Assembly (NCBI GenBank): GCA_045539625.1 | Contig: JAZQFS010000125.1 | Span: 1 to 62,182 of the forward strand | Length of the DNA: 62,182 nucleotides | From: Eubacteriales bacterium | GTDB lineage: Bacteria > Bacillota > Clostridia > Oscillospirales > CAG-382 | Reading direction: 5' to 3' | In this document: positions 1-10,719 of the stretch, piece after piece | How the letters are laid out: the number at the start of each line of letters is the position of its first letter | Position numbering within the stretch: position 1 is the first letter of the stretch | Program-made: the position numbers and the translations under genes | The notes under the pieces: model-generated | What the model saw: only the letters and a program-made list of their open reading frames with translations | The model's database searches: none | What the model was told of the DNA's origin: nothing

Positions 1-3000
1 TGCATCTGCAGAAAATATTACACTTCCTCTTGGCACAACAGTTATTAAAAATGATAACAGTGACTCTGTAGGTGTTGAAGTACCTGCTGCTAAGATTGGA
101 GACGTTATTTATACTGACCTCAATACCGCCATTGCTGCAGCACAGAACGGTGACGTTGTTACCATTTATCCCGGCGAATACAGTCCTATCGATATCCGCA
201 ATAAGAATATTACTATTCAGGGTACTGTAGGCGAAAACGGCGAGCTGCTCACCACAATCAAGGGCGGCAACCCTGCCATTAAAGGTCACTACTTTAACGG
301 CACAATTAAAGATATTAAAATAGTTGATGCGTTCAGGGTTATGTATGCAGAACCTGCAGGAAACGTAACTGTTGATAACATTTATGTAACCGGCGCCACC
401 TACGGCCTCCACCTTGTAGCATATTCCAAGGGCTTGACATGGACAATCCAGAATAGCTATATGGATCTGGCTTGGGCGAACTCCTTCGGTGTTTCCCAAA
501 ACGGTGATGCTGCGATTGTTGTTAAGGGTAACGAGTTTGTATCAACCAAGCCCTACTATGAAGATTACGGTGCTATTCATGTAAATTCCTTCTTGCCCAA
601 CGTAACTGTTGTAGACAACTACTTCGGTGAAAATGCAAAGATTTACATTGATGATAGCGTAACAGATTCTTCAATGCTCAACATTTCACAGAACTATCAC
701 GCAGACGGCGTTGAAAATGCTTTTGCAAACGATTCCGGCGTAACCGTTTATATTAACGAGTATTACGAAGATGCGAAAATGACTAACCTTGTAAAGCGTT
801 ATGCTCAAATCGGCGAAACCTACTATGAATCCCTTACAGCAGCTGCTGCAGCAGCTAAATCAGGCGACGAGATTATTGTTCTTGGCAACACAACCGAGGA
901 TGTTACCGTTCACGCAGGTGTTATCTTCAACGGTAACGGCAAGCAGGTTGGTGCAATTACTACTGAAGGCGAGATTACCTTCAAGGGTTATACCAAGGCA
1001 ACAAACTTCAGTGTTATGTACGTAGGTACTACTATCAATATCGGTGAAGGTGCTTGCCTTGAAATCACAGGTGGCGACAGAATGGTAATCGGTCACGGCT
1101 GTACCTTCAATATCACAGGCAGCATTGCTGATGCTAAGACTGCAAATACTGCAGAGCTTACACCTTCTCTTATTGTAAAGGCAGGTGCATCCTTCACTGG
1201 AAACAGCTTGAACTTTAAAGTAACCAATGCGTACATTAAGTTTAACGATAGCAGCACAAGCAAGAACAAGGCTGCAAACGGCACATTCAACTTTAAGCTC
1301 ACCAACAGTATTTTGGAACAGACCGGCAAATTTGCATTCAACGAACCCATCAACGGTATGGATCCTACCTTCAATCTTACTCTTGAGGATAGCGTTCTTA
1401 ACACTACCAGCCACCTTGTATTTGCAGTGACTAAGGGCGAGATTGTATTTGACAACTCCAACGTAAATGTTGGTACTTCAAGACAGATTGAAAACCGCAG
1501 CACAATGATCGTTAAGAACGGCTCTGTTGTAAACGGTGCTGTTGCTACAAGCGAAAATGCTAAAAACCCCGGTACTCTTATCGTTGAAAACGCAACCTAC
1601 AGCGTTACAGGTGAGTTCTCCGGTTCCGGTGAGGGAACAGGCACTATCGTAATTAAGGACGGAGCGAGCTTTACCGCAGGTAAGATTACAAAAGCCAATA
1701 TCCAAATCGATGCGACCAACTTGAATGTTGGTGATGTGATTAACAACCTTACAGCTGATCTTTCCAATCTGGAAGGTACTATCCAGGTTATTAACAACGA
1801 AAAGCTTAAAGCTGTGATTAATGATGAAGGCAAGATAGTTCTTGCTCCGTATATGGCTCAGAATGGCGAATATAAATATGATACACTTCAGGAAGCTATA
1901 GATAACGCCAAAGCAGGAGATACTATCAAACTGTTTTTTGATGTCAACGAAACCATCACCTTTAAGGCACTTGCAGCAGAAGCAAGCCTTATGGCAGAAA
2001 GCGAAGCTGTAACACTTGACCTTGGCGGAAATACATTAACAGGTCATGTTGATGTTGAAGCAGGTGCAGTAGTTAAGATCATTAAGGGTACAATTCTTGA
2101 CGGTACAAACGGAGCAAAGGATACAATCCTTTCCTTCGGTGACCTTACACTTGATGACGTAACAGTTGAAGGTGCACGTCACGTAGTACGTGCAAAGGGC
2201 GGTAAGCTCGCAATTGATGGCGGTACATATACTTACGGTGGTACTTCATTCGTTGATGGAACATATAACATCATCAACATCGGTGATGATGACACATCAG
2301 CAGCAGTTGAAGCAACAATCAACGGCGGCGAATTTGTAGGACCTTTAGGAAAGCCTATTGACAGCGGCTCCGCTCTTGTAGCACAGAAGGGTTCAACAGT
2401 AACTGTAAACGGCGGTCACTTCTCTAAGGGCTTTAACTATACAATTACTGCACAGGACGGTGCTTCTATTGAGATTAATGATGCAACAGTAGAAGGTCAG
2501 CTTAATGGTAGTGTTGTAGTATACGGCGGCAAGTATAGTGAAGATCCCGAGGAATATCTTGACAAAGAAAAAGTATGTGAAAGAAGAAAAATACGACATA
2601 AAATATCGTGTTACACCGAAGGAAGAAAGTGGATACGCAACAAAGACCGGAACAATAACTCTTGTAATAGAAGAACCTGTATATAAGGTAGAAGTAGTCA
2701 ATAATATGGCGACAAAACTTGGTGCATTTGACTACATAACAAATTATACAATGATACTTGTATACACAGATACTGATAAGGCTTACTTCACGTACGGAAC
2801 AGAAAATACAGTGATGTATGAGGTAAAGAATAGTACATATGAGTACAGAGAATATGAGGAAAACGGAACTCAGATTAAACCGGTAGACGAACATTCATAT
2901 AAACATATCTTTGCACTTATAGTACCTGCGATAGATGATAAGATAATGACCAGCTACGACGAAAGAGTCAAGACATACAAAGAAAATGTACATTTCACAT

Positions 3001-3236
3001 CAGACAGTACAAAGGCAGGAAAGATAATCAACAAGGATCCTGTAGAAGATGTAAATGGAACGGGCAAGGTAAATCTCAGTGACATTACAGCAGTGCTGAA
3101 TGTACAGAAGACAGAAAGCTCATATGTTCTTGCGCTTATGGAAATTATGATAAGAGCAGATGTAGATGGAAGCAAGTATGTAAATGGTGACGATTTAAGT
3201 ATGGTATCCAAGATAGCTTTTGCGTACGATAAATAA
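1..3236 (+). pseudogene. Large surface/adhesin-like protein (5'-truncated by window) with beta-helix-like modules and a C-terminal dockerin-like domain; interrupted by a frameshift near 2568-2572
   Basis: Frame 2 is open from base 2 through ORF 341..2686. Recurrent module caps (AKIGDVIYTDLNTAIAAAQNGDVVTI, AQIGETYYESLTAAAAAAKSGDEIIV, AQNGEYKYDTLQEAIDNAKAGDTIKL). Sensible sequence continues in frame 3 (ORF 2538..3236), ending in paired EF-hand-like repeats DVNGTGKVNLSD and DVDGSKYVNGDD. Confidence 0.7.
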
Positions 3237-3258
3237 TAAAATCACCAGATTATCCCCA

Positions 3259-3304
3259 ACGGGACTTCTTCTCCCCAAAAAGAGCAGAAGTTCCGTCTTC
3301 TTTG
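3259..3304 (+). terminator. Stem-loop after the adhesin gene (weak terminator or processing hairpin)
   Basis: acgggacttct...agaagttccgt inverted repeat followed by cttctttg. Confidence 0.45.
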
Positions 3305-3322
3305 TAGAAAGGAGAATAATGA

Positions 3323-5269
3323 ATGAAAAGAGTAATAGCATTGCTGATGGCAATGATTATGACGTTTTCATCAATGCCGTTGATATAAGCAGCATCACCA
3401 TGGGAAACAGAACTGAACTATGACTTAACGAGTGATGGAAAGCATATAGTAACGGTGCCAACAGGGACAGAGATAACTGTAGAATTCAGAATAGAGAACC
3501 CTGATGGCGAAGAATTCACGATGTATAACGCAGAAAATCAGATTTCATATGACCATACTTTTTTGGAATATATGGGAGATGAGAATACAGGAAAAATAAG
3601 CTGTTCAGACATATATGAAAGAACGTATTCTCACGGCGAACATAGAGTATTTGTGATAAGTTCATCAAAAAGAAACTGTCAACCTTCACAGTTGGTGGCG
3701 AGAATAAAGTTCAAGGTGATAGCGGAATCAGGTTCTACAACTTTGATTAGTAAGTCAATGGTTGGTTATGGAGTCGGATATGAGGCTTTTGAAATTGTGA
3801 CCGAAGACCTCACCGTCATCATCGGTGACGACGATAAAGAATCATGTGATATTGTTTATAATAATAAAGGAATATTATATAAAAAGGTTGTGGCAATTGT
3901 AAATGAAGAATATGTGATTCTATCGGCACTTCCGGCTCCTGAAGGATATGTGTTTGACGGCTGGTCTTACAACGGTAACATATATAAGCTCGGTGATAAA
4001 TTCATTCCTGACGGAGATACTACATTTGAAGCTGTTTGGAAAGAGAATAAACCTAAATTCACCCTCACCTTCAACACCAACGGCGGTTCAGAATTAAACC
4101 CCGTAAAAGCAGAGAAGGGAATAAAAATCGACCTTTCCGATTACACCCCCACACGTAACGGCTACACCTTTAAGGGCTGGTTCCTCAATAGCCTGCTTAC
4201 CAATGAGGTGAAGGAAATAACCCTTACCGAAGATACCACCGTTTACGCTAAGTGGGAAAAGAAGGAATCAGGCGGCGGTGGCGGCGGAGGAGGCGGCGGT
4301 GATACCGTCAAATTCGAAATCACCTTCGATACAAATGGCGGAGAAAAGATGGACTCCATCGTAGCTCCCGAAAATTTCGTTGTTGACCTTTCGCAGTATG
4401 TTCCCAAGAAGGACGGCTTTAAGTTTGATGGCTGGTATACCGATAAGAACCTTACAAAGGCTGTAGATAAACTTAAGTTTACTGATGAAATCACACTTTA
4501 TGCTAAGTGGATTGAGGTTGAAGACGGCGATGAAGACGATAAGAAGGACGATAAGAACGATGATAAGACACAAGGCAAAAATAATAAGCCTGCAATTCTT
4601 ACCGATGTTCATTTCGCTTATATCGTAGGCCGTGAGGACGGATATATCAGACCTAAGTTCAATCTTACCCGTGCGGAGGCAGCTACTATTTTCTTCCGTC
4701 TGCTTAATGACGATGTAAGAGATAAGGCAGTTACAACTGAAAATGAGTTTGATGACGTAAATGACGGTAATTGGTTTAATACTGCTGTTTCCACTCTCGC
4801 AAATCTTGAAATTATCAACGGTAGAACTGCAACAACCTTTGATCCCAATGCACCTATAACACGTGCAGAGCTTACAACAATTGTAGCAAGAATGTCCGAC
4901 GCTAAGTATGAAGGTGAAAACCTTTTTGACGATATTGACGGACATTGGGCTGAAGATTATATCAATACTGCCGCAAGTGTTAAGTGGATTGAGGGCGACG
5001 GTGACGGTAAGTTCAGACCTAATGATAATATTACAAGAGCCGAGGTTATGACGCTGGTTAACAGAGTGCTCGGAAGACAGCCCGAAAGTAAGGACGACTT
5101 GCTCGCAGGTATGACAAAGTGGCCTGATAATGCTGATGAAAAGGCTCGGTATTACCTTGCAATTCAGGAAGCAACCAATAGCCATGAATATGAGCTTAAG
5201 GCTGACGGTGTTCATGAAAGCTGGACAAAGCTTACACAAAACCCCGATTGGTCTAAGTACGAAAACTGA
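3323..5269 (+). pseudogene. Cell-surface anchor protein: signal peptide, cohesin-like domain, three Listeria-Bacteroides (InlB B-type) repeats, poly-Gly linker, SLH domains; in-frame TAA at 3386-3388
   Basis: SD AGAAAGGAG then ATG 3323, in frame with ORF 3455..5269, reads MKRVIALLMAMIMTFSSMPLI*AASP. Repeats of type TFNTNGG...PTRNGYTFKGW...TVYAKW. SLH motifs LTRAEAATIFFR, ITRAELTTIVAR, ITRAEVMTLVNR. Confidence 0.75.
4271..4300 (+). repeat. GGN trinucleotide run encoding a poly-Gly linker
   Basis: ggcggcggtggcggcggaggaggcggcggt = 10 Gly. Confidence 0.9.
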
Positions 5270-5286
5270 TTTAATTGGTTTGACAT

Positions 5287-5325
5287 ATCCCCGATGGAGA
5301 AATCTGTCGGGGATTTTGCTGTTTT
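5287..5325 (+). terminator. Intrinsic terminator after the SLH gene
   Basis: atccccgatgga-gaaa-tctgtcggggat followed by T-rich tract. Confidence 0.7.
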
Positions 5326-5333
5326 GTGACGAT

Positions 5334-5362
5334 TTGACAAACTCGTTTTCTTGTGGTATAAT
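5334..5362 (+). promoter_or_regulatory. Consensus sigmaA promoter of the GtrA-family gene
   Basis: TTGACA-17 bp-TATAAT with extended -10 TG. Confidence 0.85.
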
Positions 5363-5399
5363 AGTGAAAATGAAGCGAATAATTAAAGAAGGTTTTAAA

Positions 5400-5816
5400 G
5401 TGCTTAATAAAGTAAAAAAGACAAATCTCTTTATTTTTTGCAAATACTCTGTAGCTGGTATATTCAATACGTTGGTAGATCTTGTGACATTCTTTGTAAT
5501 GTGCGATGTACTGAACTTTGCCGAGGTTACGTCAAATATTGCGGCATATCTTTGCTGTGCCACCTCCAGCTACCTGATAAATTCACGCTATGTATATAAA
5601 GAGAACGGCTATTCTTTTAAGAGATATTTTCAGTTTGTAACAGGCAATTTTTTGGTGCTTGTAATATCAACGGCGGTAATAGTGTTTGTGTCTGACTTTG
5701 TAGAGCTGAAATTGATTGCAAAGCTGGTCGCAATGCCTGTTACGATATTGATGAATTTTACCATACAGCGTTTTCTTATTTTCCGAATCAGTGCAGATAA
5801 ACAGCTTAACGGTTGA
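5400..5816 (+). CDS. GtrA-family membrane protein (lipid-linked sugar flippase-like)
   Basis: Four hydrophobic segments, KYSVAGIFNTLVD and SYLINSRYVY-type motifs. GTG 5400 after AAGAAGG; ATG 5370 is an alternative start. Confidence 0.8.
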   Translation: MLNKVKKTNLFIFCKYSVAGIFNTLVDLVTFFVMCDVLNFAEVTSNIAAYLCCATSSYLINSRYVYKENGYSFKRYFQFVTGNFLVLVISTAVIVFVSDFVELKLIAKLVAMPVTILMNFTIQRFLIFRISADKQLNG

Positions 5817-5881
5817 TAAGTCATTTTTGATAATTGGCTGTAAGCCTTGCAAAACAAGTAAACCGATATGGCGGTTAATGT

Positions 5882-5926
5882 AAAAAAACACGGAGCTTTT
5901 TCATTTAAGAAGAAGCTCCGTTCTTT
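5882..5926. terminator. Bidirectional terminator between convergent genes
   Basis: acggagctt...aagctccgt flanked by A run and T-rich run. Confidence 0.7.
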
Positions 5927-6023
5927 GTGTTTGGCGAGAAATGTTACTCTCGACTTATGTAACTGTAAATGAATTTAAAACCGAAGACTGCAGTAAAACG
6001 ATATTTATATAATACTGCTCAGA

Positions 6024-6956
6024 TTATAAAATGATTTCCGACAGCCATAGCATAAACGGCATCGTCACAAGACAAAACAGCGTTGTAACGCCCACAAGCC
6101 TTGCTGCAAGGGCAGAGTCGTTGTCGTAAACCTCGGCAAGTACGGCTGTGTTTGCGGCAGAGGGAGCTGCACACATTGTAAGCCCCGTTATAGCAAGGAA
6201 AGAGGGAAGATTAAGAAGCTTTGCAAATATCAGCATAACAGCAGGTATTATAAGAAGCTTTAAAACCGAAAACAGATATACTGACGGGTGAGAAAGAATC
6301 TTAATAAGCTTCATATCCGCAAGCAGACTGCCTATGATAATCATGGAAAGGGGAAAGGTCATATCACCGAGCATCTGTAAGCCTTCCTTAAGTGTGGAAG
6401 GAAGCATTGTTTTTGTGAGGAATAAAGTCATACTTACAAGCACCGCAATAAGGGCAGGGTTGTAAATGAGCTTTTTCCAAGGGAGCTTGCCCTTTTCGGG
6501 ATTCATAACCACAATGCCGTGTGTCCAGTTGAAAAGATTGAATACGGTGGTGAAAATAACGCCGTAGAATAAGCCCTTTTCATCGCCGAATATTGCCATC
6601 ATAATGGGGTAGCCCATATATCCGCAGTTGGCATAGGTTAAGGCAAAGGAATAAACACTGCGGCTTCTGTGGTCCTTGTTCTTAATGAAAATCACATGGG
6701 ACACAACCGCCATAACAGTGTGAATGATAATTGACAGCACAAATACATAGCCTGCGATTATAAGTGTGTCCTTGCTGTACTCGGTCTGAAGAGAACAGAT
6801 AATAAGACAGGGGTTTGTAATGTAAGCAAGCATATTTGAAAGGGATTTTGTGCTTTTGCCGTCAAGAATACTGCTCTTTTTGCAGATGTAGCCTGCAATC
6901 ATGGCAATAAATAGAACAATAATTTTTTGAATAACTCTGATGCTGTAATTGCCCAT
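6024..6956 (-). CDS. AEC (auxin efflux carrier/malate permease) family transporter
   Basis: About 10 TM segments, NCGYMGYPI and LGDMTFPLSMIIIG motifs; ATG overlaps upstream stop (TAATG). Confidence 0.88.
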   Translation of the reverse strand: MGNYSIRVIQKIIVLFIAMIAGYICKKSSILDGKSTKSLSNMLAYITNPCLIICSLQTEYSKDTLIIAGYVFVLSIIIHTVMAVVSHVIFIKNKDHRSRSVYSFALTYANCGYMGYPIMMAIFGDEKGLFYGVIFTTVFNLFNWTHGIVVMNPEKGKLPWKKLIYNPALIAVLVSMTLFLTKTMLPSTLKEGLQMLGDMTFPLSMIIIGSLLADMKLIKILSHPSVYLFSVLKLLIIPAVMLIFAKLLNLPSFLAITGLTMCAAPSAANTAVLAEVYDNDSALAARLVGVTTLFCLVTMPFMLWLSEIIL

Positions 6957-7351
6957 TATTTGTCTTCCTTCTTTTCGCCCTCGCAAAGACCGCCTGTAAA
7001 GTAGCCTGCAAGATTAAGTGTTTTTTTGCCGTCTTCGATTTTGAAACCGAGAGCCTTGGCAAGCTTTTCATCGTCACCTGTGTAGATGACATCTTTTGCA
7101 CCCTGAAGGTCAAGAAAGTTAAGTGCTGCCTTGCCTAAAAGAAATCTGTCAATGTAGTCGTCATAGCCGTCGATAAGGCTCATAAGATAGATGTAGCCAA
7201 CCTCGCCCTCAGCTTTGACATAGGCAGTACCCACAAAACGTCCGCCGTTTCTTGCGGCAATTACGTGGCAGCCGTCCTCGGGGACAATTCCGAACATTTT
7301 CGTATATTCTTCACGCTCATAGGCGGTGTAAACAGGTCTTATTTCCAACAT
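6956..7351 (-). CDS. Hypothetical protein, possibly a degenerate GNAT fold
   Basis: 131 aa ORF with SD, in operon with rluB; LAKALGF resembles a GNAT C-terminal motif. Confidence 0.65.
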   Translation of the reverse strand: MLEIRPVYTAYEREEYTKMFGIVPEDGCHVIAARNGGRFVGTAYVKAEGEVGYIYLMSLIDGYDDYIDRFLLGKAALNFLDLQGAKDVIYTGDDEKLAKALGFKIEDGKKTLNLAGYFTGGLCEGEKKEDK

Positions 7352-7365
7352 TTTCTTTACCTCAA

Positions 7366-8082
7366 TTAAGACATATTCTTAAGAATACTGATTTCGTTGT
7401 AGTTCATATATTTCCACTTGCCAGGTCTTAACATACCAATAGTAAGTTCGCCCACGGCAACTCTCTTAAGACGTGTGATGGTAAGCTCTGCAATTTCACA
7501 CATTTTTCTTATCTGTCTGTTTCTGCCCTCGGAGAGAACAAATTTCAGAATGGTTGCGCCTTCCTTGCGCTCTATTATTGTTACCTTGACAGGTTTGATT
7601 TTGTAGCCGTCAAGCTCCATGGGACCGTTGAGAATCATCAGCTTTTCGGGATCTATCTCACCCTTGATTTTTACGTGATAAATCTTTTCAACATGGTGCT
7701 TGGGGTGCATAAGCTTGTTGGCAACCTCGCCGTCGTTGGTGAGAATAAGCAGACCTTCCGAGTCCATATCAAGCCTTCCGCAAGGATAGACACGCTCGGG
7801 CAAATCTTCCAAAAGCTCAGGAATACATTTTCTGCCTTCCTCGTCGTTCATGGTTGTAACATAGCCTCTTGGCTTGTACAGCATAACATAAACCTTTTTC
7901 TGACCGCCTTCAATTAGCTTGCCTTTGTATTCAACTGCGTCCTCTGCAGGATTGATTTTCTGACCGATGGTTGCCTTTACACCGTTTACCTTAAAGTGAC
8001 CAAGCTCGATTTCCTTTTCCGCCGCACGTCTTGACATAAGACCGCAGTCGGAAATGTATTTCTGTAATCTCATTTCTTCCAT
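7366..8082 (-). CDS. rluB: rRNA pseudouridine synthase (RsuA/RluB family)
   Basis: S4 domain MRLQKYIS..SRRAAE; catalytic GRLD; EGRNRQIRKM. Confidence 0.88.
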   Translation of the reverse strand: MEEMRLQKYISDCGLMSRRAAEKEIELGHFKVNGVKATIGQKINPAEDAVEYKGKLIEGGQKKVYVMLYKPRGYVTTMNDEEGRKCIPELLEDLPERVYPCGRLDMDSEGLLILTNDGEVANKLMHPKHHVEKIYHVKIKGEIDPEKLMILNGPMELDGYKIKPVKVTIIERKEGATILKFVLSEGRNRQIRKMCEIAELTITRLKRVAVGELTIGMLRPGKWKYMNYNEISILKNMS

Positions 8083-8150
8083 AATAAAAACCTCGTTAAT
8101 GAAAGACAGGCGAAGGTTTTTGTCCTCCGCCCGCCGTAGATGCTTTAAAA

Positions 8151-10241
8151 TTAGAAGCAGTCTTTTCTTGAAAGATTGAGTCTGCCCTTGTCGTCGATTT
8201 CAAGAACCTTAACCTTGATTTCGTCGCCAACGGTTACAACGTCTTCAACCTTTTCAACTCGCTTGGAATCAAGCTTTGAAATGTGTACAAGACCTTCCTT
8301 GCCGGGAGCAATTTCAACAAATGCGCCGAAGGACATAATTCTTGTTACCTTGCCTGTGAATATTGCACCGGGTTCGGGATCAAATGCAATTGCTTCAACA
8401 AGCGCCTTAGCCTTAAGACCTGCATTCTTGTCAACTGCTGCAATAAATACTGTTCCGTCGTCCTCAATGTCAATCTTTGCACCTGTCTCAGCAGTAATTG
8501 CCTGAATAACCTTGCCGCCCTTACCGATAACGTCGCCGATCTTTTCGGGATCGATGTTGATTGTAATCATCTTGGGAGCGTATTCGGAAACTTCAGCTCT
8601 GGGCTGTGCGATAGCCTTGAGCATTACTTCGTCAAGGATGTAATCTCTTGCTGTGTGAGTCTGAGCAAAAGCAGCCTTGATGATTTCGGGTGTAAGACCG
8701 TCAATCTTAAGGTCCATCTGAATAGCTGTGATACCCTTCTTTGTACCTGCAACCTTAAAGTCCATATCGCCGAAGAAGTCTTCAAGTCCCTGAATGTCAA
8801 CCATAGTCATCCATCTTTCTCCTTCGGTGATAAGACCGCAGGAAATACCTGCAACGGGTGCTGTAATCGGAACACCTGCATCCATGAGTGCAAGAGTAGA
8901 AGCACAGATTGAACCCTGTGATGTAGAACCGTTGGAGGAAACTACTTCAGAAACAAGTCTGATGGAGTAGGGAAACTCTTCAACGGAAGGAATTACGGGA
9001 ACAAGTGCACGTTCAGCAAGAGCACCGTGACCGATTTCACGTCTGCCGGGACCTCTTGAAGGCTTTGTTTCACCCACAGAGTATGAGGGCATGTTGTAGT
9101 GGTGCATATATCTCTTGTATTCTTCTTCGTCAATACCGTCAAGGAGCTGCTGTTCGCCTACAAGACCGAGGGTAGCAACTGTGAGAACCTGTGTCTGACC
9201 TCGTGTAAAGAGGGCAGAGCCGTGAGTTCTTGGGAGAATACCAACTTCGGAAGCTAAAGGTCTGATTTCATCAAGCTTTCTGCCGTCAACTCTCTTGCCT
9301 TCGTCAAGAAGCCATCTTCTTACAACGAACTTCTGGAGCTTGTAGAGACATTCGCCCATTTCAGCCTTTCTGTCTTCGTCAGGATACTGCTCTGCAACAA
9401 AGGCTTCAACATCGGCGTATACAGCGTTGAGTCTGTCTTCTCTGATGTTCTTGTCATCAGTGTCAAGAGCATACTTTACTTTGTCAATTGCGTATTCGGC
9501 AATCTTGTCGTAAAGGTCGTGGTCGACGTCGCAGGAAGCGTATTCAAACTTCTTCTTGCCGATTTCGCCTGTTACATGGTTGATGAACTTAACGATTTCC
9601 TGGTTGACCTCATGAGCCTTCATAATGGCGTTGAACATATCGTCGTCGGAAATTTCCTTGGCACCTGCTTCAATCATAACAACCTTCTTTTCGGAAGATG
9701 CTACTGTAAGCTCAAGGGTGGAAACTTCTCTCTGCGCCTTTGTGGGGTTGATAATAACTTCGCCGTCAACCATGCCTACAAATACGCTGGATACAGGACC
9801 GTTCCAGGGAATATCGGAAATGGAAAGAGCAAGAGAAGCACCGATAAGACCTGTTACTTCAGGTGAGCAGTCGGGATCAACCGAGAGCACAAGAAGATTA
9901 AGAGTTACGTCGTTTCTCAAATCCTTGGGGAAGAGAGGACGGATAGGTCTGTCGATTACTCTTGAAGTAAGGATAGCCTTTTCGCTGGGCTTGCCTTCTC
10001 TTTTAAGGAAAGAGCCGGGGATTTTGCCGACAGCGTAAAGTCTTTCTTCAAAATCAACGGAAAGGGGAAGGAAGTCAATTCCTTCTCTGGGAGCGGCACT
10101 TGCGGTAGCGGTGGCAAGGATTGCCGTGTCACCGTATCTTACAAGACAAGAGCCGTTTGCAAGCTGAGCAATTTTACCTGTTTCAACGGTAAGCTTTCTG
10201 CCAGCGAGTGTTGTAGAAAATACTCTGTAGTTTTCAAACAT
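8151..10241 (-). CDS. pnp: Polyribonucleotide nucleotidyltransferase
   Basis: RREIGHGALAERAL, GDMDFKVAGT, KH and S1 domains. Confidence 0.98.
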   Translation of the reverse strand: MFENYRVFSTTLAGRKLTVETGKIAQLANGSCLVRYGDTAILATATASAAPREGIDFLPLSVDFEERLYAVGKIPGSFLKREGKPSEKAILTSRVIDRPIRPLFPKDLRNDVTLNLLVLSVDPDCSPEVTGLIGASLALSISDIPWNGPVSSVFVGMVDGEVIINPTKAQREVSTLELTVASSEKKVVMIEAGAKEISDDDMFNAIMKAHEVNQEIVKFINHVTGEIGKKKFEYASCDVDHDLYDKIAEYAIDKVKYALDTDDKNIREDRLNAVYADVEAFVAEQYPDEDRKAEMGECLYKLQKFVVRRWLLDEGKRVDGRKLDEIRPLASEVGILPRTHGSALFTRGQTQVLTVATLGLVGEQQLLDGIDEEEYKRYMHHYNMPSYSVGETKPSRGPGRREIGHGALAERALVPVIPSVEEFPYSIRLVSEVVSSNGSTSQGSICASTLALMDAGVPITAPVAGISCGLITEGERWMTMVDIQGLEDFFGDMDFKVAGTKKGITAIQMDLKIDGLTPEIIKAAFAQTHTARDYILDEVMLKAIAQPRAEVSEYAPKMITINIDPEKIGDVIGKGGKVIQAITAETGAKIDIEDDGTVFIAAVDKNAGLKAKALVEAIAFDPEPGAIFTGKVTRIMSFGAFVEIAPGKEGLVHISKLDSKRVEKVEDVVTVGDEIKVKVLEIDDKGRLNLSRKDCF

Positions 10242-10268
10242 TTTTTGTTCCTCCTTGAATTTTCTTGC

Positions 10269-10371
10269 GTGCGAGGAACATTGATGGTAAATTTTGCACT
10301 TAGCTTCACATCTTATTTCATACTCTAAGGTGCAAAACTAAATGCTAAAGATACCGAAAATGCCCCTGCAC
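10269..10371 (-). promoter_or_regulatory. Long imperfect hairpin in the pnp 5' region (candidate RNase III autoregulatory site)
   Basis: Nested arms gtgcgaggaacatt/aatgcccctgcac and ttttgcactta/taaggtgcaaaa. Confidence 0.5.
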
Positions 10372-10383
10372 ATTTTGTGTCTT

Positions 10384-10432
10384 AAAACGAAAGACGGGGC
10401 GAAGCAGCATAACGCCAATTCGCCCGTTTTTT
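10384..10432 (-). terminator. Terminator hairpin after rpsO
   Basis: acggggcgaa...ttcgcccgt stem with U-rich tail on minus strand. Confidence 0.6.
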
Positions 10433-10436
10433 GTTA

Positions 10437-10703
10437 TTACTTTCTGAGGCCGAGCTTTTCAACGATTGCACGGTAACGCTCAATGTCAACCTTTGTGAGG
10501 TAAGCAAGAAGGTTTCTTCTGTGACCTACCATCTTAAGAAGACCGCGTCTTGAGTGATGGTCGTTGTGGTTTGCCTTGAGATGTTCGTTGAGAGTGTTGA
10601 TTCTGTAGGTAAGTACAGCAATCTGTACTTCGGGAGAACCTGTGTCGCCCTCATGAGTCTTGTACTGGTCGATGATGCTCTGCTTCATTTCCTTTGTAAG
10701 CAT
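10437..10703 (-). CDS. rpsO: 30S ribosomal protein S15
   Basis: [26 protein letters not shown]; ATG 10703 after AAGGTGG. Confidence 0.98.
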   Translation of the reverse strand: MLTKEMKQSIIDQYKTHEGDTGSPEVQIAVLTYRINTLNEHLKANHNDHHSRRGLLKMVGHRRNLLAYLTKVDIERYRAIVEKLGLRK

Positions 10704-10719
10704 TGTGTTTTCCACCTTT

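Noticed and set aside
2564-2575. Programmed -1 frameshift (A_AAA_AAG type)
   Set aside because: Only five As, and the required shift is +1.
3386-3388. Stop-codon recoding (Sec, Pyl or alternative code)
   Set aside because: The codon is TAA, used as the normal stop throughout the window.
5130-5399. Long N-terminal extension of the GtrA ORF
   Set aside because: It overlaps the SLH gene, its terminator and the promoter. A leaderless start at 5370 is possible but cannot be distinguished from GTG 5400.
4268-5563. 431-aa minus-strand ORF
   Set aside because: Antisense shadow of the SLH and GtrA genes; no motifs.
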